Source: Octopus sinensis
Taxonomy: Eukaryota
Direction: 5' to 3'
DNA: 64,000 bases
Assembly (NCBI RefSeq): GCF_006345805.1
Contig: NC_042997.1
Location: 127,100,001 to 127,164,000, forward strand
A model generated the notes under the pieces. That model was given only the letters and a program-made list of their open reading frames with translations. It was not told where the DNA came from and ran no database searches. This document shows, one piece after another, positions 52,124 through 64,000 of this stretch (within the stretch, counting starts at the first letter, position 1; each line of letters begins with the position of its first letter). A program made the position numbers and the translations under genes.

Positions 52124-53289
52124 GTAAATCATTACCATTATCTTGCATTTCATCTTTACTTTTGCATCCATTTTTCCATTGTATTAAGCGCTGGATGGAG
52201 TGAAATTCAGCGTTTCTCGTTAAATCTTGATCTTGTGCCATATTTTGTGTGTGGTCAATATTATTTATTAATCTATTAAGTGTATGTACACATATTAATC
52301 CTTGCTGTCAAGACTGATTTGTGCTAAAGCTTTCGTTAATGGGAACACATGACCGAGTTTATTGAAATATGGAGACTCCCTAGATTCTATGCAGGCTTAG
52401 TATATTTCCGTCACATGCTGTATGGCTAAGATAGAGATCTGAAAATTCTATTATACACAGCACACGTGCTGGCTATGTTGAAAGAAAGTGATTTTCACCA
52501 CACAATATGTGACATAATCTATTATTGATCATATGCTCTCATTGACTTGAATTTTAACCTAAATCCACCTTCGCACATAAAATATCGCTATCCTTCTATC
52601 ATTTTCTTGGCATTAAATCACAACACGTTTTCACTCTTGGATTGCTTTGAAGATTCCAGACTAGAGCAAACCACCGTAATATAGGATGCCCTCTCTTGAG
52701 TCAGTAATTCTTTTTGCTTATGTAATTTACCTTAGAAATAGATTTCAACCCTCCACGGCCCCTTAATCATTCTGAAAATTTCATTACAGCCCCTCCGTAT
52801 TTTTTATCTAATAATATTTCATTACAGGAAGGCGGCGAGTTGGTTGAATCATTAGCACACTGGGAAAAATTTCTTAGCGGCATTTCATCCTCCTGTACTT
52901 TCTGACCTCAAATGTCGCTGAGGTCGACTTTGCTTTTCAACCTTTCGGGGTTGGTAAATTAAATATCAGTTGAACGCTGGCCTTGTGCCAAAATTTGAAA
53001 CCGATATTTCATTACAGTATTTCACTTCAATATTCTAATATATTTCATGCAGCATCAAACATCTTAATACGCTATAAATAGTCCTTTGCATTTACTGTCC
53101 ATGCATTGCTCCACACCATACGTCTCACTTTTACTATCATACAAAATCACGCATTTTACACGCATATCTTATATTTCGCGCGGTCCATATTTCACTACCA
53201 TATACTATCGCATACCTCACACACACCACATTTACTTTCCATGATTACAGTCCCCACATTTACTTTCCATGATTCCCTTCTATACACTG

Positions 53290-53532
53290 TGGAGGCGCGT
53301 GGCTTAGTGGTTAGGGTGTTGAACTCATGATCGTAAGGTTGTGGTTTCGATTCCTGGACCGGGCGATGAGTTGCGTTCTTGAGCAAAACACTTCATTTCA
53401 CGTTGCTCCAGTCCACTCAGCTGGCAAAACTGAGTAATCCTGCGACGGACCGGCATCCCGTCCAGGTGGGGAATTTCTACGCCACTGAAACCGGGAAACC
53501 GGTCCTTAAGAGCCTGGCATGGCTCGAGAAGG
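53290..53532 (+). mobile_element. tRNA-derived SINE (family E-related head)
   Basis: GGAGGCGCGTGGCTTAGTGGTTAGGGTG...GGTTTCGATTCCTGGACC (A/B boxes). Confidence 0.85.
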
Positions 53533-53624
53533 AAAGAAAGAACTTCTATACACTATTACACATATTTCATGCACCATGTATTTTAGTCAATGTTCACCAT
53601 CCAAGTTCCGCTACGATATACCTG

Positions 53625-53960
53625 AGACCCCCTTCGGTCATGACTGACCGTGGGATTGCATCTAGAAAGTTACCCTCCGAAGCACAATTCCCGGCAAGGT
53701 TGTTTATGGAAGACCAGCTGTCGCCCATGCACACCGGCCTCCCCTCTCCACGCCACCAGTGTTATCTAAGGGAAAGGCAACAGCTGATACAGCTTGGCAC
53801 CTGTGACGTCGCAACTCATTTCTACAGCTGAGTAAACTGAAGCAATATGGAATAAAGTGTCTTGCTCAAGAACACAACACGCAGCCCGGTCCGAGATTTG
53901 AACTCACAACCTCACGTTCGTAAGCTCGACGCTCTAACCACTGAGTCATGCGCCTTCAGC
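53625..53960 (-). mobile_element. SINE family E, full length
   Basis: Homologous to 6420-6698, with the 3' end preserved. Confidence 0.88.
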
Positions 53961-54774
53961 AGTGTACGTTTATATACATCATAAACAGCTACATATGTCA
54001 TAGATCCATCTCTTACAACTTTATACATCATACATACACCACATATACTCCATTGCATTCTCTATCCAAATAAGACCCGCATTGCTCATATACTGCTCAT
54101 ATATCTATGGCAGTACATTTGCATCATTCTAGATTGACAGTGATCCCATTAAAATTACACAACCATCACTGGTTCACAGATGTGTTATTTATTCTTTCTA
54201 TGTATTAAGTTGCTGCTATAACGGCTTGAACTTTTCTAAACAATATCACACCGTGTAATACATCTTCCTGGTGCTACTTATCTTTCCTTCTGTCATTCCC
54301 TGTATTGTCTCTCAACTCCTAAACCTCTTACTTAAACAATTTTCAAGATTTCTATCTAGAGGTACAACCACCTAGGTTCTCCTTCAGTCAAGGTTTATTT
54401 TCTGTCTTTTTGTTGCTGCAGATATTTAATTAAAAAATCTTAATTGAATATTAACTGTAGCGATATATCATATTTGTGCTAGATTAGGAATGTGGGTCTA
54501 TCGCATTCGACTGAATAAATAAATGTGCAGTATAACAATAATAAGATATGATACTAGAATATTGAGTGGAGCACCTTTGAATTTTAATCAAACTCGGATT
54601 AACACTAGGTTAATGCTTCGGTGCTTTGGCTGCTACTTTGTTTCAAACGCTCAGGCCAATTCTTCTCTCCAGAAATAACGCTTCTTCTCTTTTTTCTATC
54701 AATGTAGGAGTCCCTGAATACGATTATACTGGTTATATTTCTTTTCTGATCAAACCACTTAACAAAAAGTTAAG

Positions 54775-54946
54775 ATAGGCGTAGGAGTGGATGTGTAGTA
54801 AGTAGCTTGCTTACCAACCACATGGTTCCGGGTTCAGTCCCACTGCGTGGCACCTTGGGCAAGTGTTTTCTACTATAGCCTCGGGCCGACCAAAACCTTG
54901 TGAGTGGATTTGGTAGACGGAAACTGAAAGAAGCCCGTCGTATATA

Positions 54947-54988
<42 letters not shown>

Positions 54989-55220
54989 TATGTGTGTGTG
55001 TGTATGTTTGTGTGTCTGTGTTTAGCTCCCCCCCTTAGTATCGCTTGACAGCCGATGCTGGTGTGTTTACGTCCCCGTAACTTAGCGGTTAGGCAAAAGA
55101 GACCGATAGAATAAATACTAGGCATACAAAGAATAAGTCCTGGGGTCGATCTGCTCGACTAAAAGTGGTACTCCAGCATGGCCACAGTCAAATGATTGAT
55201 ACAAGTAAAAGAGTAAAAGA
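54775..55220 (+). mobile_element. SINE family A, full length
   Basis: Family A consensus. Confidence 0.9.
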
Positions 55221-55593
55221 ATAACATACAATAAAGCTACCATCCGCAAAACTCTGAGTAGTATTCGAGCGGTTATGAAAGGATATAGTTTATGGCAACT
55301 GGCAGAAGCGTTAGAGCGTCGGACAAAATATCCAGCGGTATTTATTCCAGCTATTTGATTTCTGAGTTCATTACAACGCCTTGAAATATTTGTTTCAGCT
55401 GTCAGTATTCTGAGTTCAAGTTTCACCGCGGACTACATGAGTTCTAGACTTAATCCGCCTGCTACCTTAGTATCACGTGGCCCTTGAGAACCTTTAGCAA
55501 AAGCCTCCTGCTGTAAGCATTAAGATCAGAGGTTTTCTTCCCACCATTCTTGAAGGTCCTAAAATGTACGTTCGGGCACTGCTTTTCTCTTTA

Positions 55594-55645
55594 CTAAGCG
55601 ATAGATAATAATAATAATTATAATAATAATAATAATAATAATAAC

Positions 55646-55698
<53 letters not shown>

Positions 55699-55755
55699 CA
55701 ATAATAATAATAATAACAACAACAACAACAATAATAATAAATAATAATAATAATC

Positions 55756-55801
<46 letters not shown>

Positions 55802-55812
55802 TAATAATAATA

Positions 55813-55857
<45 letters not shown>

Positions 55858-55866
55858 TAATAATAA
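55594..55866. repeat. (TAA)n microsatellite with CAA/GAT variants
   Basis: Direct reading. Source of the poly-Y/poly-L/poly-I ORFs. Confidence 0.97.
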
Positions 55867-56850
55867 CAAGAAATCATACCACCTAATAAACATGAATAAG
55901 AAGAAGATAAAGAAACAACAAAAGCTATAAAAAAAATGAAATCCAAACTAAAAATAGAACAGCAACGAACCATGATAAAACGATGCCAAGAAAAGCCCCT
56001 TCATGGTAAATACTGGACTAAACTAAACGCAAAAGAAATAGACAAAGAAAAATCCCAGCAATGGTTGAGAAGCTCAGGACTCAAAGCAGAAACAGAGGGA
56101 TTTTTAATTGCAGCACAAGACCAAAGCCTCCCCACCAGAAATTACCAAAGACATGTAATGAAAAGAAATATTACAAGTAACTGCAGAATATGTGGAGATG
56201 GACAAGAAACAATAAATCATATTATCTCTAGCTGCCCAGTCCTGGCTAAGAAGGAATATATTCACAGACATGACAGAGTTGGAACTTACATACATTGGAA
56301 GCTATGCCAACATTATGGAATAACAACAGAAAAAAGATGGTATAGGCACACACCAGAAAAGGTCACAGAAAACGAGAAAGCAACCATACTCTGGGATATG
56401 CCGATACACACAGATAGAGAAATTAAGGCCAACAGACCAGATATAGTTGTCAGAGATCATGAAGAAAAAAAATGCTTTCTAATTGATGTATCAGTACCGG
56501 CAGATGACAACGTGTCTCTAAAAGAATGGAGAAACTCTCAAAATACAAAGACCTGGAAATAGAGGTAACTAGAATGTGGAATCTGAAAACAGAAACAATT
56601 CCTATCATAGTAGGTGCATTAGGCATGATAAAAAAATATTCAGACAAATACATAACAAAAACACCAGGACTTACAAACACATATAACATACAGAAAATTG
56701 CACTACTAGGCACTGCACACATCCTACGCAGAACACTTTCCATACAATAACCATCAGAGCATCACAACAAATCACAGCACATACCCAAGGCACACAGAGC
56801 TGCGCTCGGTAGTGAAGTGAAAGCACGCTATAAAAATAAAAATAAAACTA

Positions 56851-56853
<3 letters not shown>
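55867..56853 (+). mobile_element. Dong/R4-clade non-LTR retrotransposon, 5'-truncated (RT thumb end, CCHC knuckle, restriction-like endonuclease, 3' UTR)
   Basis: KPLHGKY, GLKAETEGFLIAAQDQSLPT, CRICGDGQETINHIISSC, RHDRV, RPDIVV..LIDVSVP..EKLSKY, PIIVGALG, LLGTAHILRR. One 1-nt frameshift near 56525. Flanked by (TAA)n on both sides. Confidence 0.92.
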
Positions 56854-56890
<37 letters not shown>

Positions 56891-56925
56891 TTAATAATAA
56901 TAATAATAATAATTATAATAATAAT

Positions 56926-57433
56926 GCCCTGATGCAGTACCAGGCAGTGGCTCTCATGGCTTCTGATCTTAACTGATTGGAAGTGTTATCATGTACGTTG
57001 TTTTGTCTTGGTATAAAAGATGGGCGACAGTTGTTTGACCTTAACCAGTTGAGCATGTCCCTTAGTGGCTGATGATATGTGTATCTCTGATCACGAGCTG
57101 AAGTAGTGGGGGAGCATCATAGCCATGTGTTGAGGGGGATTCTTTGAGGTTGGATAATTCACCTCTGGGTGTTTCATTCAACATCCTTAAACAACCCTTA
57201 TTCAGGGACCTTTTGAGTGGGATGGGTTTCTCGAAGTGAAGAAATTTCTTACTGGGCCCCACCTGTAAGGTCATGTGCTGTTTATCTTGATATGAGATCA
57301 CCATTTCGCGCACATATGGTGGTGATGCATATGCCTGGTATACCCTTATCAGACGGGTAGTCATGATGGGTATACTGGGCTTCGTATATTTTACCCCAGT
57401 GTCACTTTGATGGCATGCAGTGCTCTCTCACTC
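56926..57433. mobile_element. Non-coding (TAA)n-flanked repeat, copy 1
   Basis: ~510 bp bounded by (TAA)n on both sides, clearly homologous to 57494-57952. Class and orientation unknown. Confidence 0.75.
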
Positions 57434-57455
57434 AATAATAATAATAATAATAATA

Positions 57456-57493
<38 letters not shown>

Positions 57494-57952
57494 GTGTTAT
57501 GTACATTCTTTTGTCTTGGTATAAAAGATGAGCTACAGCATATATTCTACCCAGTACCACAGATTTGTTTGTCACTTGTTTGACTTCAACCAGTTGAGTA
57601 TGTCCTTTAGTGGCAGATTATATGTGCATCTCTGATCACGAGCAGAAGTAGTGGGGGAGCATGTGTTGAGAGAAATCTTTTGGAGTTTGAATAATTCACT
57701 TCTGAAAACATGTTTCGTTCAACAACCTTAAACAATCTTTATTCAAGGACCTTTTGGGCAGGATGGGCTACTCGGCGTGAAGAAAATTCTAACTTGGTCC
57801 CACCTGCAAGGTCATGCGTTGTTTATCTTGATATGAGTTCACCGTGTCGTGTGTATATGGTTGTGATGCATGTGCCTGATGTACCCTTATCAGACGGGTA
57901 GTCATGATGGGTATACTGGGTCACTTTCATGGTATGCCCTGCTCTTTCACAC
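57494..57952. mobile_element. Non-coding (TAA)n-flanked repeat, copy 2
   Basis: Direct-orientation diverged copy of 56926-57433 with different indels. Confidence 0.75.
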
Positions 57953-58047
57953 AATATTTATAATAATGATACTAATAATAATAATCACTTAACAATAGCT
58001 GGGTAGAAATCTATATAAGTATCACGCCATAAACTGTATATATATAT

Positions 58048-58439
58048 ATATAGGCGCAGGAGTGGCTGTGTGGTAAGTAGCTTGCTTACCAACCACATGG
58101 TTCCTGGTTCAATTCCACTGCATGGCACATTGGGCAAGTGTTTTCCAATATAGCCTTGTGAGTGGATTTGGTAGACGGAAACTGAAAGAAGCCTGTCGTA
58201 TATATGTATATATGTGTGTGTGTGTGTTTTTGTGTGTCTGTGTCTGTCCCCCTAGCATTGCTTGACAACCGATGGTGGTGTGTTTATGTCCCCATCACCT
58301 AGCGGTTCGGCAAAAGAGACCGATAGAATAAGTACTAGGCTTCCACAGAATATGTCCTTGGGTCGATTTGCCCGACTAAAATCGGTGCTCCAGCATGGCC
58401 GCAGTCAAATGACTGAAACAAGCAAAAGGGAGAGTGAAG

Positions 58440-58440
<1 letters not shown>
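58048..58440 (+). mobile_element. SINE family A, full length
   Basis: Family A consensus. Confidence 0.9.
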
Positions 58441-58485
<45 letters not shown>

Positions 58486-59048
58486 TACATACATACATGC
58501 ACAAACATCGTTTCCTTCCAAAGTAAATATAGAACGCAATTGCTTTATAAAAACAAATAAGAAGCAGACGAAAATAGTGCAAAAATAAAATGGCCTGCCA
58601 AAGTTGATACTGGAGGTGCCAAGAGATACGAGCTTTGTTTGGCAGAGAAATTCCATATCTTGGCAGAGAAATGCAGTCTATTAAAAAAAAAAACAGATAA
58701 AAAAAACAACAGACTGTAATCCAGAGACTGTTTTCAGATATTTAGAAATCTATACTGACCAATCAGAGAATACGCGAAGAAACTGTGCCATAAATTCTTA
58801 AAAGCTTTCAGTACATTAATGAAGCAAATAGTTGACCACTGGACAACCTTTTGCGAGAATTTGAACGAAGTAAATCAATGACGGAATCATATAAGTTTTC
58901 TTTTAAGTGGTCACTTATTTGTCTGTCTCAGCTAAGCACAGCTACTCCCAGCACTATAACAGCAACAACTGCTGTTTATACAACAACTACTGCTACTGCT
59001 GCGGCTTCTGCTGCTACTACAGCAACAGCTAAGTATATGTATATGTAC

Positions 59049-59105
<57 letters not shown>

Positions 59106-59115
59106 ATATATATAT

Positions 59116-61922
59116 TCACAGCTCAGCATCGTCTACACCAACTCGTGCTCCTTATTCCCAAAGTTCAGTGAACTATTTACACTGGCCCTACGCAACTCCC
59201 CTGATGTGATAGCTATCACCGAGACTTGGCTGACTCCAGCAGTAAAGGACTCAGAGATCCACCTGCAGGGCTACGTCCTTTTCAGATGTGACAGAGGAAA
59301 AAGGCGAGGTGGAGGTGTTGCTGTGTATGTTAAGTCTGAGCACAAACCGTCCTGCGGTATTCTACCCACAAATGCTCAACCTACAACCAAATTCGATGCC
59401 GTCTATTGCAAGCTGAGCCTATCTGAGTTTTGCCTGCCCGTGTTGGCTGTCTACAGGCCGCCTCTAGCCGACCCCCAGGACGATGCTCATCTACTCGAAG
59501 CGATAAGATTCGTTTCAGCTTCGCATGACTGCTTGGTACTAGGTGACTTCAACGCTCCACGATCGATTGGCCCGCATCAATTTGTACAACATCTTCCCGG
59601 TTCGGCCAGGCCCTTCTTGACGTGGCTGAAGATTGTTTTCTATCGCAACATGTTGAATATCCGACAAGGCATCGGTCTGGGCAGCAGCCATCTATCCAAG
59701 ATCAGTGTCAGACGTATCTGTGTGCGCCCCTCTTGCCAAGAGTGATCATGCGGTCCTGAAGTTCGTCATGCACACAACTTTTTCCACGCCCACGATTACT
59801 TCGCTGCCACGTAGAGTCTTCTCTGCAATTAATCTTGAAATTCTAACCGAGGCTTCCGCGCTTCTGGACTGGCGTTCCCTGATGACGTTGTCCTCAGTTG
59901 ACGAACTATGGTCATCCTCAAAGCATATGTAATCTGTTTGACTGACCAGGCAGTTCCCGTTGGACTTCCCAAGAGGAAGAAACACAAGCCCTGGGTGACG
60001 AAGAAGGTTAAACGAGAACGTCGACTCAGAGATATTGCTTGGGCTGAATTCAAAAATCTGGATTCGACTGCAGCTTTTGAGGTGTACAAAACTCAACGAG
60101 ACCGAGCCGTGAAAATTGAAAAGAAAGAACGCTTCAGTTATGAATACAAAATCGCGGCAAATGCCAGTAGCAATCAAAAAACCTTCTTTGCCCATGTCCA
60201 GCGGAATTCCCGCTTGAACAACCAGATTGCAACGTTGGTAGACTCAACAGGCGTATCGATTGAGGACCCTTATTAACAGAGTCAATTATTTGCCGAGGCT
60301 TTTTCAACTATTTTCAAACAAGATGATGGTCGTGAACCCCCTCCATTTGATAGATCGGTACCTCCAATGCTTCGATTGATCATCACGCGGGACCAAGTCA
60401 AACGTGTTATTCAAGGCCTCGATGTCAACAAGGGTCACGGCCCTGACGGCATACACCCACGGGTTATCAAAGCGTTGGCTCCGGTCATCTGCGAGCCCTT
60501 AACACGACTATTCAATATGTCATTGGCGACGGGTGTTATACCTGCAGACTGGAGAACAGCGATAATCTGCCCAATTTTCAAGAAAGGGAGCCGCGAAGAC
60601 CCGCTTAACTACCGACCGGTTTCCATTACATCAATAATCAGCAAGATGTTCGAAACCATCCTTAAGAAAAGTATGATGCTCCACCTCCTAAACACAGCCT
60701 CGATCACTGATTCCCAACACGAGGAATGGAAGAATTGGTGACGCGCCTCCTCGATGATAGTGATGCTGTTGATATCGTTTTATTGGACTTTGCCAAAGCT
60801 TTTGACTCGGTAAACCACCGCCTACTACTTGTCAAGCTTCAAGCATATAGTTTCCATCCGGATATTGTACGATGGGTTGGTGCCTTCCTCTCAGATCGCT
60901 CCTTCCAAGTTCAAGTTAATGGTTCGCGGTCCGACGTCTCCAGTGCGAGCAGTGGCGTGCCTCAAGGTTCAGTGCTTGGGCCCTTGTTGTTCTTAGTCTT
61001 CATAAATGACTTGCCCGACGACCTCACGCAACACACCCTTCTATTTGCCGACGATATCAAACTGGTCGCTCCTCGCGGTAGTATAGAGGATATTCGTCGA
61101 TGCCTCCACCAAATTTGGAAGTGGTCTAACGATTGGGACCTGTTTCTGAACGTGTCAAAGTGCTGTCATCTGCCTGTCGGCTCTACTCCTGCAACTCAAC
61201 TTGATTTCGAGCCGGGTCGTCTGCTGCTGGAGAGGACCGATCAGGTAAAGGACCTGGGTATCTTGGTGGATTCCTCCTTTTCGCCTTCGGCCCAGTGCGT
61301 CCATGCTGCCAACAAAGCGCGCGGAATTCTGTTTTTGATTCGACGGTCATTCGGAATGCTCACAGCAGCCATATTCCTGCCACTCTATGTCACGTTGGTG
61401 AGACCCATATTGGAGTATGGGATTCAAGCCTTTTCTCCTTATCTCCTCAAAGACATACAGCACCTCGAAAGAGTCCAGAGGCTGGCTACCCGCATGGTTC
61501 ATGGTCTCAAAAATTTGTCCTACGAAGAAAGGCTGAGGACGCTCGACCTTTGTTCTCTTGAAAAACGCCGCCGCCGTGGTGATCTCATTCTCGCCCACAA
61601 CATCATAAGCGGGAAGTGTAACCTCTCGAAAGAGCTGTTCTTCACTCCTGCTCCGGAGCGTCGGCTGCGGGGTCATTCCGAAAAGCTCTACCTGCGACGA
61701 TTTCATCTCAATCGAAGGAGAGGAGCTTTCTCCGTCCGGGTTGCGGATCCGTGGAACAAGCTGCCAGACGAGATGGTGAAGATGCCGACGACCGCTTTGT
61801 TCAAAGCCTCCCTGGACCTCAAGTGGCCTGAACTCTTTACATGAACACCACCCTGTACTTAACTCCATGTCCCCCTACATGGCCTTGCTATTTGCTTTTG
61901 AGCCAAATTAACTAACTAACTA

Positions 61923-61924
<2 letters not shown>
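59116..61924 (+). pseudogene. CR1-like LINE, near full-length ORF2 (APE plus RT) with 3' UTR and (TAAC)n tail
   Basis: IVYTNSCSL, IAITETWL, RGGGVAVYV, VYRPP, LGDFNAP, DHAVLKF, KGHGPDGIHP, NYRPVSITS, LDFAKAFDSV, GVPQGSVLGPLLF, FADDIK, KDLGILVD, VRPILEY, LERVQRLAT, RRRRGDLI, FSVRVADPWNKLP. Several frameshifts, one stop at 60274-60276 and a deletion near 60720. Confidence 0.95.
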
Positions 61925-61991
<67 letters not shown>

Positions 61992-62353
61992 TATAATATA
62001 AATAATATATGAATATATGCATATATACATACATATATGTACATACCTACATATATATATGTATATATACATGCATATATGGGCACAGGATATCAAAAAA
62101 AGTTGAGCACAATGAGAAACGAAAGCATAAAGCAAAAACATAGAACGAACTTTTTCCGAACAACGAAAATAACAAAGAGAGAAACGCGACATAAAACATA
62201 AAGGATATTCCCTTTCTTCAGTCGTCCCTGTTTCATCTACTCCACGTTATGAAGGCAAGGACAAGACGCGACTTCGTTGAAACAGTCTTTTCCCGCAAAT
62301 CAAATTAAATAAAATTTGGAAATTTTGGCGGAGACAGTATAAGCACATTTTTT

Positions 62354-62443
<90 letters not shown>

Positions 62444-62655
62444 TTCTTTACTACCCACAAGGGGCTAAACATAGAGGGGACAAACAAAGGGATTAAGTCG
62501 ATTATATCGACCCAGTGCGAAACTGGTACTTTATTTATCGATCCCGAAAGGATGAAAGGCAAAGTCGTCCTCGGCGGAATTTGAACTCAGAACGTAATGA
62601 CAGACGAAATACCGCTAAGCATTTCGCCCGGCGCGCTAACGTTTCTGCCAGCTCA
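62444..62655 (-). mobile_element. SINE family B
   Basis: Reverse complement of the family B consensus. Confidence 0.88.
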
Positions 62656-62882
62656 TATGTGCGTGAGCATTGTGAAGTTTAAGTTTTTTTACACAAATAA
62701 AATTATATTAAAAAGCAAGACGAAATTGCTTTCAGTATTTTATCATGAATATACGTAAGATAGTAGATGCATGCTTTAAAATAAGCAACCGGCTTCATTC
62801 ACTTTAAAACGATGATATAGTCATGCTGAAATGAAAGGGAAAAATATATATGGATAAAAAATGAAATTAAACAGTCATTATA

Positions 62883-63340
62883 TTACATGGAGAAATGCGA
62901 GCATGAAAAGTCATATTCTTAAAATTATAAACCTGGAAAAGTACAAGGCAAGTTATTACATCTGGAAAAGTACAGGACAAGTTATCATTTCTAGTAAAAT
63001 AAAGAATAAGAAATTTTTAACATAAAATATTGCAGCAAAGAATGCCAGTTCTTCTAGTTTATCACTCTTTACAGTTCTCATCTTTTAAATTTATTGTACA
63101 AAACTGTTCAGCTAATTTGTAATTTTGTCTAATTAGTAACTTTTTCTGTATTTAAGGTTGTAAAATAGCCACATTCTACTTAAATAAGTATAGTGTTATT
63201 TGTAAACTATAATAAAATAAGTTTTAATATTCAAATAATAGCTTGTCCCATGCTTTTACAGGTGTAATAACTTGTCCTGTAATTTTCCAGGTTTATAATC
63301 TTAAGAATATAACTTTTCATGCTCTTATTTTTCCATGTAA
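62883..63340. repeat. MITE-like element: ~99-bp imperfect inverted repeats (62883-62981 / 63242-63340)
   Basis: TTACATGGAGAAATGCGAGCATGAAAAG... versus ...CTTTTCATGCTCTTATTTTTCCATGTAA. Each arm contains a ~29-bp tandem subrepeat (CTGGAAAAGTACAGGACAAGTTATTACA). Confidence 0.8.
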
Positions 63341-63775
63341 TCCATGATTTTCCCAGGTATTGCTGTTATAAGATAATAATGTGTCAATTAATAATTTAGG
63401 ATTTTACCTTATATAATATTGAAAGATAATATTTAAATTTTTCCATGTAAGTGATGATAATATTTCAATTTTTTTGCATGTTTAATTTAAATATACGTTG
63501 TGATTGAGTTATCTGATATTACCCATCCACACCAAATTAATGGCAGGGATTTTTACCATGTTGTTGGTTGCATCATGGCTCACCAAAAGTTACAAACAAC
63601 AAGACCCCAAAACCATCAGTTACCAGGCTTACCTTAATTAACCCAATTTTGCAATAATAGTAGGTCACAGGAATTCATTCAGTGAAAAAACATTCCAATG
63701 ATTTCGGGATTTCGACTGTCTTTACGTTTAGAATTCAAATTTCGCCGGTATTTCGTGCTAATTATATATAGCACG

Positions 63776-63846
<71 letters not shown>

Positions 63847-64000
63847 GGGAAAGATTACGAAAAAACAAAAGACGAAGACAGGTGGTGTACAAAACAAACA
63901 TATGTATTAGTATAACGCTCACGAATAGAAAAGTCTTTTACGTTACACTAGGGGTGTATGAAAAGTTTTGAGCCTTGAAGTCTTGTATCTTCATCAGAAT

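Noticed and set aside
53290-53365. tRNA-like sequence with A and B boxes
   Set aside because: It continues into a SINE body and has no complete acceptor stem. All tRNA-like hits here are SINE heads, not tRNA genes.
55594-57990. Repeat-spacer-repeat pattern resembling a CRISPR array
   Set aside because: The repeats are variable-length (TAA)n, the spacers are 460-990-bp mobile elements, and the context is eukaryotic with no cas genes.
61347-61868. 173-aa minus-strand ORF and 88-aa alternative-frame ORF
   Set aside because: They are antisense or shifted frames of the GC-rich CR1 RT, where stop-poor shadows are expected.
63946-64000. CACTAGGGGTGTATGAAAAGTTTTGAGCCT, resembling a mariner-type TIR start
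   Set aside because: Only ~55 bp are visible at the window edge, too little to support a call.

Overview
Very AT-rich, microsatellite-saturated eukaryotic non-coding DNA, probably intronic or intergenic. The SINE families, which I recognise from memory only, point to a coleoid cephalopod, most likely Octopus. Almost all ORFs in the track are translations of (TA)n, (TG)n, (TATC)n or (TAA)n repeats, or of SINEs. No host gene can be named; there are two weak, phase-compatible candidate exons on the + strand (44488-44565 and 52077-52123). Recognisable coding remnants are all transposon-derived: a near full-length CR1-like ORF2 (59.1-61.9 kb), a second CR1-like 3' fragment (27.0-28.4 kb), two RTE fragments, a Dong/R4-type REL-endonuclease element inside a (TAA)n array, a Tc1 transposase, two Penelope-like (PLE) fragments and Helitron-like 3' termini. 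About 40 tRNA-derived SINE copies from several families are present. The main signal the ORF track does not show is RNA structure. There are several type I hammerhead ribozyme folds with palindromic stem III, concentrated between 16.7 and 26.5 kb. One is fully canonical, two share the same non-canonical A.A closing pair, and two sit inside ~110-bp inverted-repeat cassettes. Several perfect or long fold-back hairpins also occur. Coordinates were counted by hand, and repeat boundaries are approximate.
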